Positions 48,958 to 61,244 of a stretch of 64,000 bases of DNA are shown piece after piece. The stretch is taken from positions 3,534,001 to 3,598,000 of the forward strand of contig CM035355.1 in NCBI GenBank assembly GCA_020137815.1. The letters run 5' to 3'. The notes beneath the pieces are model-generated. The model was not told the DNA's origin, did not search any database, and saw only the letters and a list, made by a program, of their open reading frames with translations. The position numbers were made by a program, and so were the translations under genes. Numbering within the stretch: the first letter of the stretch is position 1; the number at the start of each line of letters is the position of its first letter. The DNA comes from Hormiphora californensis. Its lineage: Eukaryota > Animalia > Ctenophora.

Positions 48958-49242
48958 CAGGGGCGAAGCAAGGCTGGGTCCATTGGGTCCAGGACCCACT
49001 TTTTGGACGAGAGAGGAGAAGAAATTGGGAAAACTTGCTAAAAAGTGAAAAAATCAGCAAAAACAAACAAAAAAAAGTGAAAAAATGAGCCGATTTTCAT
49101 TTGAAAATACGAATGCGCGCAAGAAAAAGCTTTATCGGCAGCGCTATTGACCAATAGGGTCCAGACCCAGCTCGCGCGTTACATTTTCTGCAGCGCTGGA
49201 CCCAAAAATTTTTTCGTGAATGAACGCCACGCACCGCCCCTG
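48958..49242. mobile_element. hAT-type MITE
   Basis: CAGGGGCG ... CGCCCCTG termini with an exact 8-bp TSD GTTACCGC (48950-48957 and 49243-49250). Confidence 0.88.
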
Positions 49243-49409
49243 GTTACCGCTTAGTTTACTCAAATTGGCCATGTGGTTGCATGGCTATAGCCGTTTGAAA
49301 AAAGTCGGTCTAAGTGTACTCTTTTGGTAGCACGCACCTGTAAACACGCTGCAAGGCACCCATATTATAATCGCGCCCTGTTTGGGACAACCGCGGGTTT
49401 CAAAAATTG

Positions 49410-49446
49410 AAACTTTTCAACACTACTTTAAACAAATTAATTTGAG
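49410..49446 (+). other. Ctenophore spliced-leader exon sequence (no donor site), fused to the LINE 5' end
   Basis: AAACTTTTCAACACTACTTTAAACAAATTAATTTGAG matches, as I recall it, the Pleurobrachia/Hormiphora trans-spliced leader. It is followed by ATCT, not GT, so this is not an SL RNA gene. Confidence 0.8.
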
Positions 49447-49461
49447 ATCTCACCGCAGGTT

Positions 49462-50697
49462 TATGGAACCGCCCATTGGGGGCAGACCGACGCTAGAGGA
49501 TGGTACAGCCAATCCTCCATCCCAGGATCCCGAACCGAAACAGCGTCTACAGCAGCTATTAAGGGACCAGAACCTTCTTGAATATGTAACTGAAGAATCT
49601 GAAGTACCGCAAGGTAGACATCCGACCCGACAAATACTTTGGACACTCCTGAAAGAGGCCTACCAGACGGTATGTGTACTATCAACTGCCCTCGCTACCT
49701 CTCAGCCCGAGCACCTTGACACTGAGGTTGGGATCGTTAACCCGGATTCTCTCGATAAACGGCTGGCAGAATTCCAAAAGGAAATCCTTCACACTGTCGA
49801 ACAATCTATTCTCAAACACCACGCCCAGCCTTCTTTTGCACAGCTTGCTGCACAGCTTGCTTCGAAGGAAGCTTCACCATTGACTCCTGGCCGTAACCAA
49901 CCTACTGTACCAAATCGACCTGTAGCTCCCGCTTCTACCACAAAAACCTCTCCCACACGGAGGACGATTGTAGTTGACTGCTGTGAAAATGACGTTGCCG
50001 ACATAAAGAGGTTAAGTGAAAGTGCCCTTTCAAAGACAAAGGTCTCTAAACTGGACACAAAAAGAAACTCTGTCATAATAACTGTTCCTGAGAGTGAGGG
50101 GATAAAAGCTGCAGAGGCCCTAACTACTGGACTGCAAGGAAAATCCGTTAGAGTAAGGGCATCTCCCACCAGTAAACTCTCTATCCTGAACTTCCCTATC
50201 ACAGACGAAATCAAGCAAACTGAAAACCGGGTGCAAAGAAATGCTGCTATACTCGAATTATTGCAGCAAAAAAAAATGACGAACTTAATCATGAAGATGT
50301 TGACGTGGTCTATTTCAAAAACAATGCAAGCAGTCCGGATTTATGTACGGTAGGCATCAGGCTGCCCACCCCGATCAAACGTCAACTGCTCAATCAACGA
50401 GTGGTCTATGTCGACTACTCGGCGTGCAAGGTTGTTGACAGGGTCCACGTTATCCGATGTTACACCTGTCAGGGGTTCCATCACACTTCTGAAACGTGTG
50501 TTAAGGATGCAGTATGTGCCCATTGTGCAGGAGGCCATGCGACGAAGGACTGCAGTGTCAAATTAAACACGAACTTTACCCCGTCTTGTACTAACTGTTC
50601 GTCAGAGGGCTATCTGAATATTTCACACGCTGCAAGCAGCCAAGACTGTCCAGTTTATAAGTCTAAATTTGATGTTGCCAAGTCAAAAAACCAGTAG
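49462..50697 (+). CDS. LINE ORF1 (gag-like, three CCHC-type zinc knuckles); one frameshift at the A9 run 50268-50276
   Basis: ORF-track pieces 49382-50353 and 50305-50697 join across the homopolymer. [40 protein letters not shown]. Confidence 0.85.
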
Positions 50698-50705
50698 AGC
50701 TTAAC

Positions 50706-53621
50706 TTGGCCACCCTTAACTGTTTTTCTATTCGTAACAAGCTTTATGATGTGTTATTTAGTGTGATTGACAACGATATTGATGCAATATGTTTGACTGA
50801 GACATGGCTTAATCTTACCGAGAGTGCTATTGAGAGTGAGGTACAAGAGCTTGGTTACAAATTGATCAGTCGGTCGCGTGGCTCTAGAGGGGGTGGTGTT
50901 GCCATCCTCATGAGGAAATCCTTCCACCATGTTCAGGTAACACACTCCTTTTCATCATTCGAGTGTGTGGAAACCCTAATCACACATCCTCAAATTAAAC
51001 CTCTTCGACTTCTTGGCGTATATCGCCCTCCATCGAGTCCTACAGCCTTATTCCTAGATGAGTTCGAAACGCTGTTACATGAACTTTCTGGTAGATCAGG
51101 TGAAATTGTTTTCACAGGTGATTTCAACATCCATATCCACGACAACAGCTCAACTTTTACTAAATCATTCCTCCAATTGTTGGATGACCATCTTTTTCAT
51201 CAGTTTGTAAATGAACCTACTCATATAGCAGGGGGTATACTTGACCTTGTTGTTGCTAAATCACTCCCCAGTTCATCTCCGATCTCTAACGTGGAAGCTA
51301 ACATGATCCCTGCGGCACCTGATCATGCATTGGTCTCTTTCAATTTGCACATTGGTGCACCTACCAAGCGGAAGAAGTACATTTCAGTTAAGAAGAGGAA
51401 CATTGAATCCCTTGACTTGGACTCATTCAGAAGTGAAATCCTGAAATCGCCACTCTGTGACCTTGATATCTTCACAACAAATCTTGTTGAGGCTATTGAA
51501 CTCTTCGAGGAGCTTCTTACGGAGTTTCTGGATGAACTTGCCCCAGTCGTTGAAACTATAGTTCCGGAAGAACCCAGTCCTAGATGGTACAACAGCAGTT
51601 GCCAAGATGCAAAACGTCGCCGAAGAGCAGCAGAGAGAAAATATCGAGCCGCATTGAAAAAATCGGTGTGTATCAAACAACTACTTGATTCTCTTCGTAC
51701 TCTTCGAGAAGAGTCAAAGGCTGCCACCAAGTACATTGTTGGAACTAGAAATGACTACTATCGTGGCCGGCTTGAAGAGGCAGGGAATGACTCTAAGAAA
51801 ACCTACAGAATCATGAATGGACTACTTGGACAGGAACGTAATCCTACAATTCTACCAGAACACAGTGATGAAACTGAACTCTGCCAGAAGTTCATGACAT
51901 TTTTCAAGGAGAAGATAGACAAAATCTACCAAGATATTCAGAGTTTGCAATCAGATGAACATCAGGAGTTTTCTTCTAGTTCCACTACTGACAACGTTCC
52001 TCCACAGTTTAACTGTTTCCAGCCTGTTACCAGTGAGGACTTGGTCAAGGTTATACGATCCCTAAACTACAAGGCGTGTGACTTGGACCCTGTTCCGTCG
52101 AAGCTCATGGCTGCATCTGTCCATGAACTCATGCCTGTTATCGATTCAATTGTCAATGGAAGTTTGGAGAGTGGAGTTTTTCCATCGGCGCTGAAGAAAG
52201 CAGTTATCCGTCCTGTATATAAAGGAAAAGGTCTTGACTCGAATAACTTGGGGAGTTACAGGCCCATCTCCAACCTCAGTTTTATTTCCAAAATCATCGA
52301 GAAGTGCGTATCCATTCAACTCACTGCACACCTTGAGCAGCATGGACTATTTGCGTCTGTTCAATCTGCCTATAGGAGTAAACATTCTTGTGAAACGGCT
52401 ACCCTGAAAATCTTCAACGACCTTCTTGTGCTGACGGACAAGCGTAGAAAAGCTGTACTTTTACTTCTGGATTTGTCGGCTGCGTTTGATACTGTTCCCC
52501 ATTCTACACTTCTCCGCCGTCTCGAGCACCTGTATGGTGTTAAGGGAGTAGCCCTTGATTGGTTTACGTCATATCTTCAAGAGCGGAAGGCATTTGTAAA
52601 AATTGGACAAGGTCAATCATCAGAGGTGGAAATCTGTATTGGAGTACCCCAAGGGTCTATTCTTGGGCCTCTTCTTTTTGTTCTTTTCACTAAGGATCTT
52701 GAGACTATCGCAGCTAGACATGGTGTTAAAATTCATTTATACGCAGACGATTCTCAGCTATATATCAGCTTCACCAACAACAACTGGGCACAGTGTGAAA
52801 GTCAGTTGCAAAATTGTTTTACCGAGGTTGAGAAATGGATGGCATCGAGTTACCTAAAACTCAATCCTTCGAAGACAGAGCTGCTATTCATCTCATCAAG
52901 AACTGACAGAAGTCCCAACCCGATTGGCTATAATGATACACTGACACTAAGAGGTATCAGTCAGTCATCAAAAGCAGACATTACCCCATCTCAACAGGCC
53001 AAAAACCTTGGAGTTATCTTTGATGAAAGGTTAACCATGAAGGCTCATGTCTCAAAAGTGGTGAAGGAATGTAACCTGAATCTCATCAATCTTCGGCGTA
53101 TTGCTGACAAACTTTCGAGGAAACACAAGGTTCAGCTTGTCCACTCCTTGATACACTCACGTCTTGATTATTGCAATGGACTGTTAATTGGTGCAGATCA
53201 AAGTGACATTTCTCGACTACAAAAAGTTCAAAACTCTGCGACACGATTTGTTTTCGGCAGAAGGCAGTGGAGAGGAGTGACTAAACTCAGAAAGCAGCTA
53301 CATTTTCTTCCTGTTTCGGCCAGGATCGAGTTCAAGATTTGTCTCATGGTTTTCAAATGTCTCAACAATCTTGCGCCATCATATTTACAGGATATTATCC
53401 AACGGCGACAACCTAAAATCAAATCTCTGAGGTATGACAATGATGATACCCTCCTTGAGAGAGACTTCTCCACCAAATACAAAACTTCTCAGCGTGCTTT
53501 CCAGGTATCAGGACCTAGGCTATGGAATAGCCTACCTGCCTCTATCAGAAATTGTTCAGATGAGGTCATCTTCAAATCGAGGTTGAAGACCTACCTTTTC
53601 GACAAGTCATACGACCACTGA
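50706..53621 (+). CDS. LINE ORF2: apurinic endonuclease + reverse transcriptase (intact, 971 aa, no initiating ATG)
   Basis: APE motifs CLTETWL, GGGVAI, YRPP, GDFNIH, LDLV, PDH; RT motifs [42 protein letters not shown]; L2-type C-terminus [22 protein letters not shown]. Confidence 0.96.
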   Translation: MATLNCFSIRNKLYDVLFSVIDNDIDAICLTETWLNLTESAIESEVQELGYKLISRSRGSRGGGVAILMRKSFHHVQVTHSFSSFECVETLITHPQIKPLRLLGVYRPPSSPTALFLDEFETLLHELSGRSGEIVFTGDFNIHIHDNSSTFTKSFLQLLDDHLFHQFVNEPTHIAGGILDLVVAKSLPSSSPISNVEANMIPAAPDHALVSFNLHIGAPTKRKKYISVKKRNIESLDLDSFRSEILKSPLCDLDIFTTNLVEAIELFEELLTEFLDELAPVVETIVPEEPSPRWYNSSCQDAKRRRRAAERKYRAALKKSVCIKQLLDSLRTLREESKAATKYIVGTRNDYYRGRLEEAGNDSKKTYRIMNGLLGQERNPTILPEHSDETELCQKFMTFFKEKIDKIYQDIQSLQSDEHQEFSSSSTTDNVPPQFNCFQPVTSEDLVKVIRSLNYKACDLDPVPSKLMAASVHELMPVIDSIVNGSLESGVFPSALKKAVIRPVYKGKGLDSNNLGSYRPISNLSFISKIIEKCVSIQLTAHLEQHGLFASVQSAYRSKHSCETATLKIFNDLLVLTDKRRKAVLLLLDLSAAFDTVPHSTLLRRLEHLYGVKGVALDWFTSYLQERKAFVKIGQGQSSEVEICIGVPQGSILGPLLFVLFTKDLETIAARHGVKIHLYADDSQLYISFTNNNWAQCESQLQNCFTEVEKWMASSYLKLNPSKTELLFISSRTDRSPNPIGYNDTLTLRGISQSSKADITPSQQAKNLGVIFDERLTMKAHVSKVVKECNLNLINLRRIADKLSRKHKVQLVHSLIHSRLDYCNGLLIGADQSDISRLQKVQNSATRFVFGRRQWRGVTKLRKQLHFLPVSARIEFKICLMVFKCLNNLAPSYLQDIIQRRQPKIKSLRYDNDDTLLERDFSTKYKTSQRAFQVSGPRLWNSLPASIRNCSDEVIFKSRLKTYLFDKSYDH

Positions 53622-54057
53622 TCTGTAACCTTGAGTTGTTTACAGCACCTTTTTCTACCGTGTTTTTTATTTGAAACGTGGTTTTCAGCTATCTTATTAA
53701 TCTAACTTATTAAATACTCTAACTTATTAATTAATCCACATTTACATCCAATGATGATTTAGTTCAATGATATATTTTGTATGTACGTGTGTGTTGCATG
53801 TGTGTTGCATTTGGGTGAGTGCTGTGTGTGTTTGTGTGTGTGTTTGTGTGTGTGTATGTATTTAGTAAAGTAGTAAAGTAAACTTTACTCCCAGTAATGG
53901 CTTAGTTCTAACCTTTTTTCTTGGTCTTTTATGGTACACCGCTTTAGAAGGCAGTAAGAGTGCTCTAGCGTATAAATTGGTTTTTATAGCGTTATCATTT
54001 TTTTACTATATATGTCAAAAAGCGGGATATTAAGTGTGAAATTGAATTGAATTGAAT

Positions 54058-56110
54058 TGAACCACATCAAAGCGTGGATGTCCAAGAACTTCCTCAGACT
54101 CAACCCCAGCAAAACTGAAATCATCGTGTTAAACAACAAACATGATAAAACAGAAAACCCTGAAAGCCTTCAAACGATGAGCAACCATGAATCTACAAAG
54201 CCACTTACACTAGTAAGGAACCTTGGTGTATTTCTGGACTCAGAGCTCTCCTTATCTGGTCACGTATCCAGAACCGTAAGGACGTGTCAACTAGCCCTTA
54301 TGAATCTATGGAAAATCCACAGAATGTTGGGTGTTAATCTGAAAGTCAAACTCGTTAACAGTTTAATACACAGCAGACTGGACTACTGTAACAGCCTCCT
54401 TGCTGGTTCTTCTGCCAAAGACATAGGTCGATTACAGAAGATTCAAAACTCTGCGGCCCGTTTCGTCTTTGGACAACGCCTCTACCAAGGCACCACAAAC
54501 CTTCGCAAACAGCTTCATTTCCTACCCGTTCGAGAAAGAGTGCAGTACAAGTTGTGTCTACTGACATACAAAACACTGAATGGTATAGCCCCACCTTACC
54601 TATCGAAGATGATAACACTCCGTCAACCGAAGTTAAAAAGTCTACGAAGGGATGCTGACAAAACCTTACTTGACAAGAACTATGCCAGATATTGTTCGAG
54701 TAAAGGTGCATTTAGTGTCGCTGCTCCGGAAATATGGAATAGCTTACCTTCTTCTCTTCGGGAAAGCTCATCCATCACATCATTCAAATCCAACCTGAAA
54801 ACCCACTTCTTCCGGAAGGCATACGAGTGTTAAAAAAAAACAATGTGTGAAGACAATGTATACTACGAGAATTGTGGTAGAGAGATGAGAGCGAGTTGAG
54901 GATCCTGAATTAGAGTGTGAAACCGTGAAGTTAGAACGACCAGTACTCTTTTCACTCACGCTTTCTAAACTGGTCTTTCTTACTAATTTATATTTAATAC
55001 TTATTCTTTTTATGTGACGGATCCCCAGAACTCGGTAAAAAAAAGAGCCTGGGTTAAAAAATCAAAAAAAAAAAGAAAAAAAAAAAAAAAAAAAAAAAGT
55101 AAAGCAGAAAAGATCCAACAAAAAAAAAAGAAAAAAGAAAAGAAAAAAGACAACAAAAAAAAGGGGTAAAAAAAAGGGGGGAAATATAAATTATAAATGG
55201 ACACCAAAATTGGGGTATGGGGGTGGAAGGGTTGCAGTGAGGTGTTGTGCAGTGGAGCGTGTTGGGCTTTACTTATAGAAGTGCAGCCAGTATGGTGTAG
55301 TGCAGTGGAGTGTGCTGGGCTTTACTTATAGAAGTGCAGCCAGTATGGTGTAGTGCAGTGGAGTGTGTTGGGCTTTACTTATAGAAGTGCAGCCAGTATG
55401 GTGTAGTGCAGTGGAGTGTGTTGGGCTCTACTTATAGAAGTACAGCCAGTATAGTGTGGTGCAGTGGAGTGTGTTGGGCTTTACTTATAGAAGTACAGCC
55501 AGTATGGTGTAGTGCAGAGGAGTGTGTTGGGCTTTACTTAAAGAAGTGAAGCCAGTATGGTGTAGTGTAGTGGAGTGTGTTGGGCTTTACTTATAGAAGT
55601 ACAGTCGGTATGGCATGGTGTAGTGGAGTGTGTTGGGCTTCACTTATAGAAGTACAGCCAGTGAGATGCAGGCTACAGCGAGTATGACTTCTCTTCCGCT
55701 CCTTGGTTCTCCTACAGGTGAAGTAGTCGGATCCTCAGTCCTCACCCAGGTTGTATAAGACAGTATCGATTGTTTAAGGGCTAAAGCCCTGGTGCTAAAG
55801 TATTTATTTCTGGATCCCTAGATCCAAGAGCATATTTTATCAATCTGCAGTAAGCAGAGACAGTATATTTCATCATCCGATTTAAATGTTGTTTAACTAA
55901 CAAGACCTACCTTCAGAAAAATACCATCTTGCAATAACAATTGGAAATCCTTGGTATAGAACTAACCGCTTTTGAAACGAGAGTTAGTGAGATGAAGTCC
56001 GCACCAAGTGATGCAAGTAGTCAAGACCTAACAGAACTCGTGTTGTTCTTTAAAATATGGACAATGAAAAGCGGACAATAAATGTATATTTGTATTTGTA
56101 TTTGTATATT
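54058..56110 (+). mobile_element. 5'-truncated second L2 element (ORF2 C-terminal 258 aa plus long 3' UTR)
   Basis: WMSKNFLRLNPSKTE...RNLGVFLD...[11 protein letters not shown]...LHFLPV...APEIWNSLP (54057-54833), related to but distinct from the upstream ORF2. Probable tail AATAAA..(TATTTG)n at about 56078-56110 (3' end tentative). Confidence 0.8.
55240..55661. repeat. 53-bp tandem repeat (~8 copies)
   Basis: GTGTAGTGCAGTGGAGTGTGTTGGGCTTTACTTATAGAAGT(G/A)CAGCCAGTATG repeated. Confidence 0.93.
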
Positions 56111-57624
56111 TGTTGTCAGCGTTTGCCAACTTGAAAGACGTTTTTGACAGTGGCATGTACATTGTACAGTTGGCAATCCCTTGGTAGTTGGCATATGTAC
56201 GTACCCCCTATTCAGAGGGGCCTGCCGCCTGCAGTGTTTGCCAATGGTTAACTTGGTTGCGTAGCAGCCCTCTTACGCATCCGAAGGGGTCAGGGGGCTG
56301 GGGCACGAACGCAGAGGGTGCCCAAATGGTTAACCACTAAATGGTACTAGTAACTTTAATTCCATCTCTGCAGTTGTGGATTTGTGTATTTTTCTCCTTC
56401 TTCTTCATAGTGCCTGGGCTTGTAAACCCAGGAGGCCAGAAGGGACTTTCACAAAGCGATATCACCGGCACTGAAGAAGAGCCTCCTCCCACCCACCACC
56501 CAGAACTACCATCTAGCAGGTTCAAGTGGGATCGTAGGAGGAGAACTCCTCTCAGGATATATATCATATACACAGTCATGTAATGTCCCAAAGCAGTGTT
56601 AAGACGGAACTGGGAACAGACCACTTTCAGACGCTTGTTGAGTGTTGACACAGTGATATTTGGGGGTGATCCTTCACCACTAAGTAAAGCCTGATTAGCA
56701 ATTCAAAATAGTCCATTAGTCCACGAACTGATGGAATCACATGGCCCGATTAACTGTCAGAAACATGACCACTGTGTGCTGAAGTGCACACATATCCGTT
56801 TACAAGGAGTCGCATGATTCCCTCCCGCAACAAACAGTGCCACTTACGAACACCCTCAATATGTTGTTATCTTATCGAATATAATATGAGGGCACGGGGT
56901 AAACGAATTTTATGTTGCTTACGAACTTTCAAGTTTCTGACTAAGGAACAAAATATGAAAACACGAACGGCTGTCTTATGGATGTTCGTGGTATTGTATG
57001 TCAAAGCTGGGGGCTTTTAAATTGATACTTGATAGTCAGACGAATATATTATTGTTGAATGTTTATACAAACACTAACAGACATTTATTGGGAGCCCCTT
57101 TTTCCGGGTTCGGCAGCTCTATAGCAGTAGAATTTATACTGTTATAACAGTAGAAATTCTACTAGAATGTGCCTCTTTCTAGAACTACTGTCGTTTGCTG
57201 TCTGGCGTCGCCAGGCCCCATTTGATTCTCAAACAGTGCGCTCAGATCGGGTCTGCGCCGCCGGACAGTTCTTCTGCTGCTCCGCGACCCTCTCTCTAAC
57301 CGCATGATAAAAATCTCCTATGATATCGCGTGACGTGTCCTCGATTGTTTATTTGCTCCTAGTAATGTAATTTCCTCGATTCTAACTCATCTCCCCTATC
57401 ATGCATAAAATGCGAATAGCGAGAGAAAATCTAAGAGAGAGAAGAGCTAAAGAGAGTGTTAGGTGAGGCAGTGAGGCCAGGCACAGTGATCGGAGTCGCG
57501 TTGGCTTGTATGCACAATTATATTCTGCTTGTGTGTGTGTGTGCCACATGAAACAGCTCTACTCGTTCATTCCCTGCCTTCTCTTTTCATTTCTCTATTT
57601 TTTCCTCCCAATCTTTCTCTATCT

Positions 57625-57641
57625 CCCTCTCGCCCTCTCTC

Positions 57642-57685
<44 letters not shown>

Positions 57686-57700
57686 TCTCTATCTCTCTCC

Positions 57701-57783
<83 letters not shown>
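57625..57783. repeat. (CT)n microsatellite
   Basis: Direct run. Confidence 0.92.
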
Positions 57784-57785
<2 letters not shown>

Positions 57786-58404
57786 AATCTCTCTCAGTGA
57801 GGGTCCTTTTGTTACCTTGGCAACACAATTACCAGTCATTTGTTTGCTCCCTGCTCCCCTTTGACAGAGAGAAAAAGAGAGAATGAGAGAGCGAAAGAGA
57901 AAGAGAGTGAGACTCACTGAGAGAGAGGGAACACGAACAGGGCAGAGACCTTTAGACACACTGGCCCAGAATTCTCTGTTCCCAGTTCTCATTTGTCACA
58001 GTACTGACAGCTGGACGACTGATTACATACACATACATTAGAATGATTCGACTGAGTGCTAGTTTTGTGTGCTGCATTTCTTTAGTAGTCTCAGTACATG
58101 AATCACAGTAGTAGTTCTTTATGAAGCCTTACAGATCTACATATAGAGCTGTGTACTACAAGGCGCTCACTGTGCATGTGCCGAATGTTATTTGACAGTA
58201 GCTGACACTATACCTAATGTGTGAGTATAGTTCATTTTGTGAGTGCGTGTTGGTGGCTTAATTGTTTGACGGAGGGTCTCACGTGGTAAGTGCCTCCTCC
58301 ATTATCACATTAGTAACTTGCGATTTTAAAGTAAGTACATATATTATAAAATCATTTTTCAGATTGTTTTTTTTCGTAGCAAAAAAATTGTCTGCCGGTT
58401 CAAA

Positions 58405-59699
58405 TTACTTTGGGTTGTATTTCGCGACCAGTTTCAACACATCACCATATACAACGTCCTTTGCATTCAACCCCCACACAAAATCCATGTGATTTAGCTT
58501 GTCCCAGAACCGATTGAGAACCAGGATCTCCGGATTGAGTTGGCCCTCAAGCCAGGCCACATCACGAGGGTCCGCTAGGAAGTCGTTACCTCCCGCCAGG
58601 AGCGCTGTTGGGATATCCACCTTGGACGGATCATATTGTGGTGGTGTGGTGGAGTTGTAGTGCGCCATATTCCCCTTCTTCCCGTAATCGTAGCCCTGTA
58701 ACTTCTGCTCTCGGAGCAGCTGAGCCCAGTGAATCATGTTCTGTACACTCGTTCCCGCCGGGGTGTGTGAAACATACACGGGGATCCGGGTGTTGTTCAG
58801 GTTGCTGGTATCATAGCCACATAGTAAGAAGATCACATTCCGACATATTACCTCCTTTTCAAGAGGGCAAACCAGGCTCGCCAGTAGCTTCATTTCCCAG
58901 TTACTTGGCGCAAAGTCGTGTACACCAAATAACTTGAAAAGGTTCTCAATCTCCGGTTCAAGGAGGTTTAGTACTTTCACCAGGCCTTCAATGTGCGTTA
59001 TTCTGGCTACTGGAGCAAGGGCCGCGAAAACATTCACTTTGGATGCCAGATCAGGGTTACTAGAGAAACCGATAAATCCAATTAGGGTTCCCTGGGAGTG
59101 ACCGGCGTAGGAGACAGTCTTCACTCCTGTCTCGTTAACTACATAATTGATCATGGCTGGAAGGTCAATGGCCGCGAATTGATCAAAGGAAAACTCCCAG
59201 AATTCCTTACTCTTTTTGGAGAGCGAGGTGTGGTTGGTGGAGTAGGTGTTACCCCGGACGTTTCCCATCCAGACATCATAACCTTGGTCAGCCAGGATAA
59301 ACCCAAGACTCTGCTCTGGGTAGTTCATCACCCAGGTTGCGCTGGAGTCAAGGAGACCATGCTGGAGAAATACCACGGGACCTTTACCTGTTGGTTTGGT
59401 TAGGTTAGATTGGTTTGGGTTAGATTATATTGGTTTCGTTCATGGCCATGGTTTGGTTTGGGGATTGGTTAGGTTAAGGATGGTAACCATATGTGACTGA
59501 AAATAGTCTTTGGTTGGTGTCCTCCCTTACCTGGGATTCGATGTATTCCCAGGATATACCCATCTGATGTTGTTACCCAGTGTTCCTCGGAGGGGTAGCC
59601 CCAGTATCGAACCATTTCAGGAGTGGACATATGCTGCTCAGGGTCCTCCTTGGCAGAGACCCCCAGGAAAGGGAGGAGAAGAAGGAGGGCAAGCAACAT
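58405..59699 (-). CDS. LIPA: Lysosomal acid lipase / gastric lipase family alpha/beta hydrolase, 2 coding exons
   Basis: Exons 59699-59531 and 59387-58405. Signal peptide MLLALLLLLPFLGVSA; GYPSEEHWVTTSDGYILGIHRIP; VFLQHGLLDSS; GYDVWMGNVRGNTYS; nucleophile GHSQG; NDFLADP; NHMDFVWG. Confidence 0.95.
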
Positions 59700-59771
59700 T
59701 TTGGGAAGTGTTATCGAGGTTTTGTGAGTTGCAACTCCATATGGCGGCGTCAAATCTCGTGACATTTGGGG

Positions 59772-59922
<151 letters not shown>

Positions 59923-60398
59923 AGAGATTGAGAGATTGAGAGAAAGAGAGAAAGAGAGAAAAAGAGAGGGTGAAACTGAAAGATAGAGGAAGTAGGAGAG
60001 ATAAAGAAGAGGAGAGATAGAGAGAGAAGAAGTGGAACAGCCAGAGAATTCTGAGATGAAAAAAAAGAAGTTTCTAGCTTCTCGCTTCCGAAGAGTTCTC
60101 GCATTACAAATTGTGTTAGTGACCTACACTCTCTCGTAGGCATAATCAGATTCATGAAGGAGGGCTATCTTTTTTCTTCTCCTGCTGCAGTAATATTATA
60201 GTGACACTTTTTATTCCTCCACGACTTTTTTCCACGTACGAGAAGTTCATTACACGGTGTCTTGTGGCTCATCCCCTGGGCGGAAGTCTGATTCAAATAA
60301 CTTGAATTAAATGGCGCCCCAAGTGTTTTGACGACTTTGCGTAACACGTTACACCTAGGTCGGACCCCCACCAACCTAAGGATCGGACTGTAAATATA

Positions 60399-60619
60399 CT
60401 GTAAACGTTGATATTGTTGGGGTACATTTATTTTCGCGTTTTTTTGGGATTGAAAAACCGTGAAACTTTTGACCGTGAAACTTTTTTGGGGGATTAGTTT
60501 TTAAACAGCAGTTTAGGGAAATTAGGGGAGTCCGCGAAAATTCTCACCGTGAAATACATATATCTCAAAAATGATGAATCCGCGAAAATTTTCATCTGCG
60601 GAAATATCAACGTTTACAG
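60399..60619. mobile_element. Tc1/mariner-type MITE (221 bp)
   Basis: TA-CTGTAAACGTTGATATT ... AATATCAACGTTTACAG-TA. Confidence 0.87.
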
Positions 60620-61244
60620 TAATAATTTATTTTTCATTAACCATGCATAGGGCAGATTGATCAATGATAGTGTATAAGTGTTGCGTGTGTCCTAATCTAG
60701 CATGATGCTTGTTGGGCTTCTAGAAGAGAAATAGAGAGAGAGTGAGAGGGATAACAAGAAAGAGGGAAAAAGATAGAGAGCGAGAGAGGGAGAGAGGCAG
60801 ATAATTTAGCAAGCTTGTTGTTCTGATTTTAGTTTTCTTGAGCCAGTCTAACAAGCATAGTCCGGGGCCTATTGGAAACACATTGCTGCAAAAAACAAGC
60901 AACATTTCCAATTATTGCTTTAGCTTACATGTACACTTACATAAAACTGTTTGATAAGATTTATAGCCAACGCGATGCCTAACTACTCTCCTCGCTCCGC
61001 TCGTAGTAGAGAAGCAAGTGAGACAGGGGCAACGCTTGACTTATCTCCCTTATGCAGCCTCTATAATAACTAAACCCCTGTATGCATATTATATATCCTC
61101 TATGACTAACCCCCTGTATTTCTAACCTCTCTCTCCTGTATTACTAAACCCTCTGACTCTCTCTCTCTCTCTCTCTGTCTCTAGCCTCTCTCTCTCCTGT
61201 ATTACTAAACCCTCTCTGTCTCTAGCCTCTCTCCCTCGGTAGCT

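Larger units (their letters stand above)
49410..54060 (+). mobile_element. Full-length L2-clade non-LTR retrotransposon
   Basis: Gag-like ORF1, APE-RT ORF2, 3' UTR and an (AATTG)n tail at about 54039-54060. Confidence 0.93.

Noticed and set aside
50268-50276. Frameshift within LINE ORF1 as a programmed event
   Set aside because: It falls in an A9 homopolymer, so a sequencing/consensus indel or a copy-specific mutation is more parsimonious.
55030-55200. A-rich low-complexity stretch and its Phe-rich ORF
   Set aside because: It looks like poorly resolved poly-A/low-quality consensus and has no coding signal.
57816-57860. Possible upstream coding exon of the RhoGAP (MTGNCVAK|GTAAC)
   Set aside because: Its phase does not match the acceptor at 46615; at most it is a non-coding exon.
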